Assembly (NCBI GenBank): GCA_963838795.1
Contig: CAWISL010000005.1
Span: 120,092-184,091 of the forward strand
DNA length: 64,000 bases
From: an uncultured Actinomycetes bacterium
GTDB taxonomy: Bacteria > Actinomycetota > Thermoleophilia > Gaiellales > Gaiellaceae
Reading direction: 5' to 3'
Part shown: one piece after another, positions 55,633 to 64,000 of the stretch
Layout: every line of letters starts with the position of its first letter
Numbering within the stretch: the first letter of the stretch is position 1
Notes under the pieces: model-generated
Told to the model about the DNA's origin: nothing
Database searches by the model: none
Seen by the model: the letters and a program-made list of their open reading frames with translations, nothing else
Translations under genes and position numbers: made by a program

Positions 55633-56768
55633 GCGGTCTTGCGCTGCTCCGCCGCGGCGGGCTCCTCCGCCTGCCGACGCCCCGCCCAGGCCCGCAGGCG
55701 AGGCACCTTCAGGATCTCGAGCACGTAGACAATGTAGAGCGAGGTGCCGGCCACGACGAAGGCGATCGTCGCGACGAGGACGGTCGGCCAGAGATGCCAG
55801 TCGCCGTGTGCGCGGAAGGGGACGAAGCGCGTGGCGAGCGCGGCACCGGCCAGGATCGCGCACCAGGCCCACAGGTACGTCACCGTGCGACGCTGTGAGA
55901 AGCCGCGGCGGAGGAAGCGATGGTGGAAGTGCGACTGGTCGGGCGCGAAGACGCGCTCGCCGTGCCGGAGCCGGCGGGCGACGACGAAGGAGCTATCGAG
56001 GATGGGGACGGCGAGGACGAAGAGCGGGAAGAAGAGGGCGACGCTCGCCGCCGTCTTCAGCGTCCCCTGGATGGCCACCGCGGCGAGCGTGAACCCCAAG
56101 AGCAGCGAGCCCGAGTCGCCCATGAAGATCCGCGCCGGGTAGAAGTTGTGCCGGAGGAAGCCGAGGCACGCGCCGGCGACGATCGCCGAGAGCACGGCCG
56201 CCTCCGGGCGCCCGAGCGAGAGCGAGATGACCGCGAACGTCGCGCCCGCGATCGCGCATACCCCGGCCGCGAGCCCGTCGAGGCCGTCGAGGAAGTTGAC
56301 CATGTTCATGATCGCGACGATCCAGACGATCGAGACGAAGACGCCGAGCCACGTCGGGAGCTCGTGGACGCCGATGATCGGAAGCGTGAAGCGGTCGATC
56401 GTGACGCCGGCCTGGACGGCGATCCCCGCGGCTCCGAGCTGGCCGGCGAGCTTTGCCCACCAAGGCAGGCCGCGGAGGTCGTCGACCACGCCGACCGTCG
56501 TGGCGAGGGCGGCGCCGAGCAGGATCCCCCGGTAGGCGGGCGTCAGCTCGAGGAAGGCGAGCGCAGGGACGAAGATCCCGAAAAAGATCGCGATGCCGCC
56601 CAGGCGTGGGACGGCGCGGAGGTGCAGGCGGCGCCGGTCGCCCGGCTCGTCGACGACGCCGAGCATGCGGGCCATCCGCCCGACCGCGGGGGTGAGCACG
56701 AGCACGGTCCCGAGCGCCACGAGGAAGCCCCAGAGAACGTCCGTATGCGCCGTGAACGCGTTCCACAT
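55629..56768 (-). CDS. wecA: Polyprenyl-phosphate N-acetylhexosamine-1-phosphate transferase (MraY/WecA family, GT4)
   Basis: VVDDLRGL...NMVNFLDGLDGLAAG...YPARIFMGDSGSLLLGF. Located upstream of atp, as rfe is in mycobacteria. Confidence 0.85.
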   Translation of the reverse strand: MWNAFTAHTDVLWGFLVALGTVLVLTPAVGRMARMLGVVDEPGDRRRLHLRAVPRLGGIAIFFGIFVPALAFLELTPAYRGILLGAALATTVGVVDDLRGLPWWAKLAGQLGAAGIAVQAGVTIDRFTLPIIGVHELPTWLGVFVSIVWIVAIMNMVNFLDGLDGLAAGVCAIAGATFAVISLSLGRPEAAVLSAIVAGACLGFLRHNFYPARIFMGDSGSLLLGFTLAAVAIQGTLKTAASVALFFPLFVLAVPILDSSFVVARRLRHGERVFAPDQSHFHHRFLRRGFSQRRTVTYLWAWCAILAGAALATRFVPFRAHGDWHLWPTVLVATIAFVVAGTSLYIVYVLEILKVPRLRAWAGRRQAEEPAAAEQRKTA

Positions 56769-56790
56769 GGCCTTAGCGGGCCTTCACGAG

Positions 56791-57432
56791 CTACTTCGTC
56801 CCGTAGAGGCGGTCGCCTGCGTCGCCGAGCCCCGGCACGATGTAGCCGCGCTCGTCGAGCCCGCGGTCGATCGAGGCGACGACGACGTGGACGTCCGAGT
56901 GCGCGGCGTGCAACCGCTCCAATCCCTCGGGCGCCGCGATGATGGCGATCATCCGCACCGAGTGCGCGCCGGCCCGCTTGAGGATCTCCACGGCGGCCGC
57001 CGTCGAGTTACCCGTAGCCAGCATCGGGTCGAGCAGGATCACGTCCCGCTCGGCCACGTCGGCAGGCAGCTTCACGTAGTACTCGACCGGCTGAAGCGTC
57101 TCCTCGTTTCGGTACAGGCCGATGAACCCAACGCGGGCGGCAGTCACGAGCGAGAGGACCCCGTCGAGCATCCCGATGCCGGCGCGGAGGATCGGGACGA
57201 CGGCCACCTTCTTGCCGGAGATCCTCGGCACCGTCATGCGCTCGAGCGGCGTGGCGATCTCGACTTCCTCGACCGCGAGCTCCTTCGTCACCTCGTACGT
57301 GAGGAGCACCGCGAGCTCGTTGACGAGCTGCCGGAAGAACTGCGTCGGAGTCTCCTGGTCTCGCAGCAGCCCGAGCTTGTGCTGGACGAGCGGGTGGTGG
57401 ACGACCGTCACCCGCTCGGTGGTGACGCTCAC
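56791..57432 (-). CDS. upp: Uracil phosphoribosyltransferase
   Basis: GTG 57432 (GTGA overlap with the glyA stop). [12 protein letters not shown]...[10 protein letters not shown]...[12 protein letters not shown]...[17 protein letters not shown]. Confidence 0.9.
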   Translation of the reverse strand: MSVTTERVTVVHHPLVQHKLGLLRDQETPTQFFRQLVNELAVLLTYEVTKELAVEEVEIATPLERMTVPRISGKKVAVVPILRAGIGMLDGVLSLVTAARVGFIGLYRNEETLQPVEYYVKLPADVAERDVILLDPMLATGNSTAAAVEILKRAGAHSVRMIAIIAAPEGLERLHAAHSDVHVVVASIDRGLDERGYIVPGLGDAGDRLYGTK

Positions 57433-58727
57433 GCGACGTACTCCGGGTAACCGCGGTAGCCGGGGTAGAGCGGCCGCCGCTCGCAGAGGGCGGCGCTGCG
57501 GGCACGCATCGCGCCCCGGTCGCCGTCGCCTAGGGCCCCGGTGATGATCGCTCCCACCTCGCGGAGGTCGTCCTCGTCGAAGCCGCGCATGGTCACGGCC
57601 GGGGTGCCGAGCCGGATTCCGGACGCCTCCATCGGCGGACGCTCGTCGAAGGGCACCGTGTTTCGATTCGCCGTGATGTGCACCTCGTGCAGGCGCTCTT
57701 CCGCCGCGCGGCCCGTCCAGTCGCTGCGGCGCAGGTCGACCTGGACGAGGTGCGTGTCCGTGCCGCCGGTGAGAAGGTCGAAGCCGCCCTCGACCAGCGA
57801 GGCGGCGAGCGCGTCGGCGTTCGCGCGGATTTGGCCCTGATAGGCGCGGAAGGCCTCGGTGGCCGCGATCTTGAAGCACGTGGCCTTCGCCGCGATGACA
57901 TGCAGCAGCGGGCCGCCCTGCATGCCGGGAAAGACCGCCTTGTCGATCGCGCCGGCGTGCTCCTCCTTGCAGAGGACGAACCCGGCGCGCGGGCCGGCGA
58001 GCGTCTTGTGGCTCGTCGAGGTGACGAAGTCGCAGTGCGGCACCGGATTCGGGTGAAGGCCGGCGGCCACGAGCCCGGCGATGTGAGCCATGTCGCAGAG
58101 GAGCAGCGCCCCTACCTCGTCGGCGATCTCGCGGAAGCGCTCGGCCTCGATCGTGCGCGGGTAGGCCGAGGCGCCGCAAACGATGAGCTTCGGCCGGCGC
58201 TCCTGCGCCAACCGCCGCACCTCGTCGAAGTCGATCAGCCCCGTCTCGCGATCGACCCCGTAGCCGACGACGTCGTAGAGCTTGCCGGAGAAGTTGACCT
58301 TGAGGCCGTGCGTCAGGTGCCCGCCGTGGTCGAGCCGCATGGCGAGGATCGTGTCGCCCGGCTGGAGCGAGCTGAAGTACACGGCCATGTTCGTCTGCGC
58401 CCCGGCGTGCGGCTGCACGTTGGCGTGCTCGGCGCCGAAGAGCGCTTTCGCGCGGTCGATGGCGAGCTGCTCGATCTCGTCGACGACCTCGCAGCCGCCG
58501 TAGTAGCGGCGGCCCGGGTAGCCCTCCGCGTACTTGTTCGTCGCCACGCTTCCGACGGCCTCGAACATCGAGGGCCAGGTGAAGTTCTCCGAGGCGATCA
58601 GCTCGATCGTGCCCCGCTGGCGCTCGAGCTCGCGGCCGATCAGCTCGACGAGGTCAGGGTCGACGTCCGCGAGCGCGGCGCGCCGCAGCTCCTCGAGCGT
58701 CTCCACCGCAACGGCCATCGGTGCCAC
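57429..58727 (-). CDS. glyA: Serine hydroxymethyltransferase
   Basis: 432 aa: ELIASENF...[14 protein letters not shown]...[10 protein letters not shown]...[12 protein letters not shown]. Confidence 0.95.
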   Translation of the reverse strand: MAPMAVAVETLEELRRAALADVDPDLVELIGRELERQRGTIELIASENFTWPSMFEAVGSVATNKYAEGYPGRRYYGGCEVVDEIEQLAIDRAKALFGAEHANVQPHAGAQTNMAVYFSSLQPGDTILAMRLDHGGHLTHGLKVNFSGKLYDVVGYGVDRETGLIDFDEVRRLAQERRPKLIVCGASAYPRTIEAERFREIADEVGALLLCDMAHIAGLVAAGLHPNPVPHCDFVTSTSHKTLAGPRAGFVLCKEEHAGAIDKAVFPGMQGGPLLHVIAAKATCFKIAATEAFRAYQGQIRANADALAASLVEGGFDLLTGGTDTHLVQVDLRRSDWTGRAAEERLHEVHITANRNTVPFDERPPMEASGIRLGTPAVTMRGFDEDDLREVGAIITGALGDGDRGAMRARSAALCERRPLYPGYRGYPEYVA

Positions 58728-58788
58728 TCTAGTGCACGCCGCCGCCCTGGACGGGCGCGCTGTTCCGTGGCATGGTCAGTGCGTGGGG

Positions 58789-59073
58789 ATGGTGGGGATC
58801 CTGGCCCTTGCGGCTCTCGTCGTCGTTCCGCTGCTGCGTGAGTACGCGGACTTTCGCCGTGCCTGGGGAGTCGGGCGCCTGGCCGCGCTCGGGCTGACCG
58901 GGCTCGTCGTTCCGGCCGTCGCCGTGGGACTGGCCGTAGCGATGCCGTTCGCCGCGTGGCCGTTCGTGCAGTGGGGGGTGACGGTGGCGGCGGCGCTGGC
59001 CGCGTACTCGCTGGCCGTGCGCGCCGTCCGAGAGGCTATCGAGCCGCGGCGAGCGCCGCAGCGGCCGCGCTGA
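58789..59073 (+). CDS. Hypothetical small membrane protein (opposite strand to all neighbours)
   Basis: 94 codons from ATG 58789 with high GC3 and three hydrophobic segments (GILALAALVVVPLL, LAALGLTGLVVPAVAVGLAV, VTVAAALAAYSLAV). It fills the otherwise empty 308-nt glyA-tsaC gap. The 3' end overlaps tsaC by 38 nt. Confidence 0.4.
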   Translation: MVGILALAALVVVPLLREYADFRRAWGVGRLAALGLTGLVVPAVAVGLAVAMPFAAWPFVQWGVTVAAALAAYSLAVRAVREAIEPRRAPQRPR

Positions 59074-59644
59074 GCGCTTCCTCCGCGGGGACGAGGCCCT
59101 CGCGGAGCACGGTCGGCTCGGCCCCGGTGAGATCGAGGACCGTCGACGGCGACCCCGGGAGCTCTCCCGCGTCGACCACGGCGCCGCAGCTGTCGAGGAT
59201 CTCCTCGGCGATGTCCTCGCGGCGGGCAGGGTCGGGCTGCCCGTGGAGGTTCGCGCTCGTGGCCGCGACCGCACCCACTCCTCGCACCACGTCGGCGGCC
59301 TCCGTCGACAGGATCGGGACGCGGACGCCGATGGTCTCCGGCCTCGTCCCGGTGAGCCAGCGGAAGCGCCGCGCCGGGTTGGGGAGGATGAGGGTGTAGG
59401 GGCCGGGCAGGAGCGCCCGGGCGACGACTGCGCCCCGGCCGCGGGCCTCCGGCACGGCGTCGAGAATCGCGTCCAGGTCGGCGGCGAGCAGTTGGATCGG
59501 CATCGTCTCCGGCCGCCGCTTCGCGGCGAAGAGCCGCAGGCAGGGCCGCTCCCGGTAGGCATCCGCGCAGAGCCCGTACACCGTGTCCGTCGGGAGCACG
59601 ACAAGCTGCCCCGCCCGCAACGCCGCGACGGCGTCGCCGCTCAC
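59036..59644 (-). CDS. tsaC: L-threonylcarbamoyladenylate synthase (YrdC/Sua5 family, short form)
   Basis: GTG after ggaggggg. VVLPTDTVYGL...IGVRVP...ATSANLHGQP...GSPSTVLDL. Confidence 0.85.
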   Translation of the reverse strand: MSGDAVAALRAGQLVVLPTDTVYGLCADAYRERPCLRLFAAKRRPETMPIQLLAADLDAILDAVPEARGRGAVVARALLPGPYTLILPNPARRFRWLTGTRPETIGVRVPILSTEAADVVRGVGAVAATSANLHGQPDPARREDIAEEILDSCGAVVDAGELPGSPSTVLDLTGAEPTVLREGLVPAEEALSAAAAALAAAR

Positions 59645-59666
59645 GCCTGCCCCCTCCGGGCATGCC

Positions 59667-59809
59667 CCAGGGTCAGACCCCTGGACATGTCACCAGCCAC
59701 GTCCGCACCGCCTGTGCATGGTCGCGGCGCCATGCGAGCCACGGGTGTGCCACATCCACAGCCCTTGTCCTCCGCGGCCACGGCCTGGGTCTGACCCCGG
59801 GGCGTGGCC
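59667..59809. repeat. Pair of inverted REP-like palindromic units in the prmC-tsaC spacer
   Basis: ccagggtcagacccctgg (59667-59684) and cctgggtctgaccccgg (59784-59800) share the 11-nt core gggtcagaccc in opposite orientation. The right unit is nested in a ggccacg/cgtggcc stem (59776-59809). Confidence 0.45.
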
Positions 59810-59810
59810 C

Positions 59811-60638
59811 CTAGGGACAGCGGGCCTCCACGACCCGGTCGCGACCGGCCAGGTCCGGGGTGCAGAGGACGCCCTCGTAGCCGAGTGCCGCCAGGCCCCC
59901 GGCTACCTCGGCGGCCTGGCCGTCGCCGCACTCGAGGACGAGGTGGCCGCCCGCCGCGAGGACGTCGCGCGCCTGGCGCGCGACGCGCTCCCAGACGCGG
60001 TCGCCGACGACGGCCTCGTATGGCTCGTAGAGCCGGATCTCCGGCTGGAGGGTGTCGTACTCCGAGGCAGGGACGTAGGGCGGGTTCGAGACGACCAGGT
60101 CGAAGGGGCCGGCGACGCCGTCGAGGAGGTCGGCGCGGCGCAGCTCCACCCGGGCGTCCAGGCCGCTGCGGGCCAGGTTCTCGTGCGCGAGCGCCAGCGC
60201 AGCCTCCGAGCTGTCCACCGCCACGACGCGGGCCGCGGCGTGCTCGTCCGCGATGGCAAGCGCGATCGCCCCCGAGCCAGTGCCGACGTCGAGGACACGC
60301 GGGGCCTCGAGCCCTCGCAGGTGGGCGAGGCACCGCTCCACCAGCACCTCCGTCTCCGGCCGCGGCACGAGCGCACGCGCGTCCACGGCCAGCACGAGGC
60401 GCCGGAACCCCCACTCGCCAAGGACGTAGGCGAGCGGCTCGCGGGCGCGCCGTCGGCTCACGAGCAGGCGCAGGCGGCCGAGCTCGGCTGCGCCCAGCGG
60501 GCGGCCCGACGCGTACAGCTCCGACCTGGAGACGCCGAGCACGTCGGCCACGAGCAGCTCCGCGTCCACGCGGGGCGACGGCACCCCTGCCTCGTCGAGC
60601 TCCCGCGCGACCCCGTGCACGGCGTCGAGAGGGCTCAC
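59811..60638 (-). CDS. prmC: Release factor glutamine N5-methyltransferase
   Basis: [14 protein letters not shown]...[10 protein letters not shown]. Overlaps the prfA stop. Confidence 0.9.
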   Translation of the reverse strand: MSPLDAVHGVARELDEAGVPSPRVDAELLVADVLGVSRSELYASGRPLGAAELGRLRLLVSRRRAREPLAYVLGEWGFRRLVLAVDARALVPRPETEVLVERCLAHLRGLEAPRVLDVGTGSGAIALAIADEHAAARVVAVDSSEAALALAHENLARSGLDARVELRRADLLDGVAGPFDLVVSNPPYVPASEYDTLQPEIRLYEPYEAVVGDRVWERVARQARDVLAAGGHLVLECGDGQAAEVAGGLAALGYEGVLCTPDLAGRDRVVEARCP

Positions 60639-61693
60639 GACGCCGTTGCCGCGGTCTCGAGCGCCCGCCGGCGCTCTTCCGCCGTGAGCGCCTCGGTGAG
60701 CTCGTCGAGGTCTCCGTCCAGCACGGAGTCCAGCCGATGGAGCGTGAGCTTGATGCGATGGTCGGTGACGCGGTTCTCGGGGAAGTTGTAGGTGCGGATC
60801 TTCTCCGCGCGGTCGCCGCTGCCGATCTGCGAGCGCCGCTGGGCCGAGAGCTCCTCCTGCTGGCGCCGCAGCTCAGCCTCGAGCAGCCGAGCACGAAGGA
60901 CGCGCAACGCCTTCTGCTTGTTCTGGAGCTGCGACTTCTCGTCCTGCATGGCCACGACGATCCCGGTCGGCAGGTGGGTGATCCGCACCGCCGAGTCGGT
61001 CGTGTTCACGCTCTGACCGCCCGGCCCAGTCGAGCGGTAGACGTCGATCTTGAGGTCGCCGGGTTCGAGCTCGACGTCGACCTCCTCGGCCTCCGGCATG
61101 ACCGCGACAGTCGCCGTGGACGTGTGGATCCGTCCTTGCGACTCCGTCTCGGGCACGCGCTGGACGCGATGCGTCCCGCCCTCGAACTTGAACACGGAGT
61201 AGGCGCCCTCGCCCTTGACGGCGAAAGTGACGTCCTTGAACCCGCCGCCGTCGTTCGGCCCCGAGCCGAGCGGCTCCCACCTGTACCCGCGGCGTTCCGC
61301 GTAGCGCGTGAGCATGCGGAAGAGGTCGCCCGCCCAGAGCGCCGCCTCGTCGCCCCCGGCGCCCTGGCGGATCTCGACGACGACGTCCTTCGCGTCGTTG
61401 GGGTCGCGCTCGACGAGCGCGAGCTTCAGGTCCTCCTCGAGGCGCTCCAGCCTCTCCTCCAGCTCGGGGATCAGCTCCCGCAGGTCGGGGTCGGAGCGGG
61501 CGGCGTCGGCGTCGTCGCGGGCCTCGCGCCATTCCACCGCCAGCTTGTGCGGGCCTTCGAGCTCCTTCAGACGGCGGCCGGCGTCGGCGGCCGCGTTGCG
61601 GTCCGAGTAGAGGTCGGGGTCGTTCATGCGCTCCTGCGCCTCGGCGTAGGAGCGCTCGAGCTCCTCGACCAGGCTGTCGATCTGGGCCGTCAT
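60635..61693 (-). CDS. prfA: Peptide chain release factor 1
   Basis: ATG 61693. PET-type tripeptide context ([17 protein letters not shown]) and GGQ motif ([12 protein letters not shown]). Confidence 0.95.
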   Translation of the reverse strand: MTAQIDSLVEELERSYAEAQERMNDPDLYSDRNAAADAGRRLKELEGPHKLAVEWREARDDADAARSDPDLRELIPELEERLERLEEDLKLALVERDPNDAKDVVVEIRQGAGGDEAALWAGDLFRMLTRYAERRGYRWEPLGSGPNDGGGFKDVTFAVKGEGAYSVFKFEGGTHRVQRVPETESQGRIHTSTATVAVMPEAEEVDVELEPGDLKIDVYRSTGPGGQSVNTTDSAVRITHLPTGIVVAMQDEKSQLQNKQKALRVLRARLLEAELRRQQEELSAQRRSQIGSGDRAEKIRTYNFPENRVTDHRIKLTLHRLDSVLDGDLDELTEALTAEERRRALETAATAS

Positions 61694-61737
61694 GACCGGC
61701 TCAGGATAGCCCCGCCCGGGGCCGCGCCAGCCAGGCT

Positions 61738-62652
61738 CTACGCCATGACCTCGACCTTGCGCTCCTCCGGCGTCAGCCGGCCCTCGAGGCGGAGCACCTC
61801 GTGGAGCGCGCGGATCGAGACCTCGATCTGGTCGAGCGAGGGAGCACGCGTCGTCAGGCGCTGGAGCCAGAGTCCCGGCGCGAGGACGACGCGGAGGATC
61901 GGGTTCTGCGGATGCTTGCCCGCGAAGCGGATCACCTCGTAGGCGATGCCTGCGATCACCGGCAGGAGCAGGATGCGCGACGCGATCAACCAGAACCAGC
62001 CGGGCTGGCCGACGAAGGCGAAGACGAAGATCGCGATCACCATCACGTAGAGCAGGAACGCCGTGCCGCAGCGGACGTGGATGAGGCTGTGGCGTTGGAC
62101 GGCCTCGGGCTCGAGCGGATCGCCGGCTTCGTAGGCGTTGATCGCCTTGTGCTCGGCCGCGTGGTACTGGAACACGCGCTTCAGGTCCGGCAGGAAGCCC
62201 ACGATGACCAGGTAGAGGACGAAGATCGACACCCGAATGAGCCCCTCGACGACGACGAACCAACTCGTCGACTCGATCGGGAGCCAGCTCGTGATCAGCG
62301 CCGGCGAGACCTTGAAGAGGAGGAGCGCGAAGCCGATCGCGATGCCGAAGGCGAAGAGGAGCTGCCCGCGCGAGATCTCCGTCTGGACCTCTCCGTCCTC
62401 GCCCTCCTCCTGGGCCGCGTAGTTCGCCGAGATGGCGAGGGCGCGAAAGCCGATCGCGAGCGACTCGCCGAGCGCGAAGACGCCCCGGACGACGGGGATG
62501 CGGGCCCAGCGGTGCTTGAGCAGGAACGAGGAGATCGGGCGGTTGACCTCCGCGATCTCGCCGTCGGGCTTCCGCACGGCCACCGACCAGGCGGACGGGC
62601 CGCGCATCATCACGCCTTCCAGGACAGCCTGGCCGCCGATGGGCGCGCTCAT
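61738..62652 (-). CDS. DUF1385 family membrane protein
   Basis: [14 protein letters not shown]...[13 protein letters not shown]...HVRCGT. Commonly found between rpmE and prfA. Confidence 0.8.
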   Translation of the reverse strand: MSAPIGGQAVLEGVMMRGPSAWSVAVRKPDGEIAEVNRPISSFLLKHRWARIPVVRGVFALGESLAIGFRALAISANYAAQEEGEDGEVQTEISRGQLLFAFGIAIGFALLLFKVSPALITSWLPIESTSWFVVVEGLIRVSIFVLYLVIVGFLPDLKRVFQYHAAEHKAINAYEAGDPLEPEAVQRHSLIHVRCGTAFLLYVMVIAIFVFAFVGQPGWFWLIASRILLLPVIAGIAYEVIRFAGKHPQNPILRVVLAPGLWLQRLTTRAPSLDQIEVSIRALHEVLRLEGRLTPEERKVEVMA

Positions 62653-62664
62653 CTTTGACGCCTC

Positions 62665-62889
62665 TTACTGCTCGTCGCTGCGCCGCGCGCCGGCCTTCTC
62701 CAGGCGGCGCTGGAACCGCTCGACACGGCCACCCGTGTCCACGAGCTTCTGCTTACCCGTGTAGAAGGGGTGGCATTCGGAGCAGATCTCGACATGAAGC
62801 TCGGCCTTCGTGGAGCGGGTTTCGAACGTGTTCCCGCAGGAACACGTGACGGTCGCGAGGACGTACTCGGGGTGGATATCGGTCTTCAT
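62665..62889 (-). CDS. rpmE: 50S ribosomal protein L31 (zinc-binding type)
   Basis: [27 protein letters not shown]...[13 protein letters not shown]. Confidence 0.95.
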   Translation of the reverse strand: MKTDIHPEYVLATVTCSCGNTFETRSTKAELHVEICSECHPFYTGKQKLVDTGGRVERFQRRLEKAGARRSDEQ

Positions 62890-63842
62890 GAATCGGCCGG
62901 GCGCTGGACGGGCTTGAGGATACCAGAGGCCGTTTCCCGAGCCACGTTGCCACCCGAGACGACCACGGCCACGGTCGTGCCCTCGAGCGCGGGGATCTTC
63001 CCGGCGAGGAGCGCGGCGATCCCGGCTGCCGCGGCGGGCTCCACGGCGAGCTTCGCGCGCTCGTAGAGGAAGCGAAACCCCTCCTCGATCTCCTCCTCGG
63101 TGACCAGCACGGGCTCGATGCCGAGCTCGAGGCCGAGCTCGATCGGAAGCGCGCCCGCGAAGGGCGCGTTGAGGCCGTCGGCGATCGAGCGCGGCGTCAC
63201 CGGAACCGGCGCGCGGGCCGCGAGGCCGTCGTGGAACGCCGCCGAGCCTTCGGGCTCGACCGCGATCACACGCGTTCCCTCGAGGGCGACGGCGACCCCG
63301 GACACGAGCCCACCGCCACCGGTCGGGACGACCGCAACGTCGATCTCGGGGAGGTCCTGTGCGATCTCGAGGCCGACGGTGCCGGCACCGGCCACGATCA
63401 GCGGGTCGTCGAACGGGTGGACGAGCACCCGGCCGGTCCTCTCCCGGAGCTCGTCGAGGCGCGCGAAGACCTCCCGCGGCCCCGGGGCCTCCTGGTCGAC
63501 GGTCGCGCCGTAGCCGAGAGCGGCCGCGCGCTTCGGCTCGCTCGCGCCCTGCCACATGACGACGAGACAGTCGATCCCCTCCACCGCGGAGCCGTACGCG
63601 AGGGCGCCCGCGTGGTTTCCCGCCGACGCGGAGATCACCCCGCGCCCGCGTTCCTCCGGCGTCAGCGACGCAAGCTTGTTGAGCACGCCGCGCGCCTTGA
63701 AGCTGCCGGTCTTCTGGAGCAGCTCCGCCTTCAGGAACGCGCGGCCACCGAACGAGCGGCCGAGCGTCTCCGAGGAGAGGAGCGGCGTCCGGAGCAGGCG
63801 GCTCCCGACGACGGCCGCGGCTGCATCTACATCTGGGCGTAT
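62886..63842 (-). CDS. PLP-dependent threonine/serine dehydratase family enzyme; start unresolved
   Basis: RTPLL...[16 protein letters not shown] (PLP lysine)...[10 protein letters not shown]...[11 protein letters not shown]. The only canonical in-frame upstream start is GTG 63995, which would overlap the ETF-QO gene by about 170 nt. An in-frame ATA lies at 63842. Confidence 0.75.
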   Translation of the reverse strand: MRPDVDAAAAVVGSRLLRTPLLSSETLGRSFGGRAFLKAELLQKTGSFKARGVLNKLASLTPEERGRGVISASAGNHAGALAYGSAVEGIDCLVVMWQGASEPKRAAALGYGATVDQEAPGPREVFARLDELRERTGRVLVHPFDDPLIVAGAGTVGLEIAQDLPEIDVAVVPTGGGGLVSGVAVALEGTRVIAVEPEGSAAFHDGLAARAPVPVTPRSIADGLNAPFAGALPIELGLELGIEPVLVTEEEIEEGFRFLYERAKLAVEPAAAAGIAALLAGKIPALEGTTVAVVVSGGNVARETASGILKPVQRPADS

Positions 63843-64000
63843 TCGGGGCCGTCCCCGCCCTCGGGCGGCGTCAGCCGCCCGCCCTTGGCCGAGATCGCCC
63901 CGCACTGGATGCAGTTCGCGGCCGTCACCTCGACATCGACGACGTTTCCGGCCGGGCTCGCCTCGCCCGCGATCTCGTAGACGTGCGCCGGGCACATGTG
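63827..64000 (-). CDS. Electron-transfer flavoprotein:ubiquinone oxidoreductase, C-terminal 57 codons (5' part outside the window)
   Basis: Own translation: [13 protein letters not shown]...[35 protein letters not shown]. This matches the ETF-QO 4Fe-4S C-terminal signature CPA.VYE...NC..C......PEGG.GP.Y..M. Confidence 0.75.
   Translation of the reverse strand, partial: HMCPAHVYEIAGEASPAGNVVDVEVTAANCIQCGAISAKGGRLTPPEGGDGPEYAQM

Noticed and set aside
58728-59035. Possible ZTP (pfl) or other one-carbon riboswitch in the 308-nt leader of glyA.
   Set aside because: Reading the minus strand, I could not find the conserved ZTP cores (GGGUCGUGAC... / ...CCGCCUGGGC) or another recognisable riboswitch core. 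Only a short cgccc/gggcg hairpin lies near the start. A covariance-model scan would be needed to be certain.

Overview
This is a GC-rich bacterial chromosomal segment with strong G/C preference at codon position 3. The housekeeping synteny looks Actinobacteria-like (rpmE-prfA-prmC-tsaC-glyA-upp-wecA-atp). I can support about 65 protein-coding genes. I saw no rRNA, tRNA, CRISPR array, transposase, integrase or phage genes.

Layout:
(1) 1-3511, minus strand: a translationally coupled sugar operon. It holds a VOC protein, a xylose-isomerase-like TIM barrel, a GlcG-like protein, a xylulokinase with a broken frame, and a Gfo/Idh/MocA oxidoreductase.
(2) 3531-20717, plus strand: an almost gap-free 18-gene array. 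A Liv-type (HAAT) ABC importer comes first. It is followed by two paralogous UPF0261/Tm-1-N-like ATP-binding proteins, a PEP-hydrolase-like TIM-barrel partner, a cupin, an FAD-linked oxidase, a creatininase-family hydrolase, two xylose-isomerase-like TIM barrels, two Gfo/Idh/MocA dehydrogenases, a class I aldolase and an embedded DeoR regulator. This is the best candidate in the window for an uncharacterised catabolic system.
(3) 20698-29331: glcDEF, an xylFGH-type sugar ABC transporter with a broken permease frame, and a divergent ROK regulator.
(4) 29501-64000, minus strand: a long co-directional housekeeping array. In transcription order it is ETF-QO (partial), a threonine-dehydratase-like enzyme, rpmE, DUF1385, prfA, prmC, tsaC, glyA, upp, wecA-like, a PLP decarboxylase, atpI-like-B-E-F-H-A-G, a Kelch protein, an Opp-type ABC operon, an orphan anti-sigma factor, atpD-atpC, metH, an LCP protein, nucleotidyltransferases, ahcY and mtnA.

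Main oddities:
- atpA runs in frame, with no stop codon, into atpG.
- The atp operon is split between atpG and atpD by a 7.4 kb block.
- Three reading frames are interrupted at short G/C repeats (xylB, the xylH-like permease, the oppD-like ATPase).
- Three conserved enzymes have no ATG/GTG/TTG at the expected N-terminus, but each has an in-frame AUC or AUA positioned like a coupled start.
- There are several structured or repeat-bearing intergenic regions.

All function calls come from my own reading of the translated ORFs (motif and family recognition), not from database searches. Long Arg/Pro/Gly/Ala-rich ORFs antisense to good genes were treated as GC artefacts.
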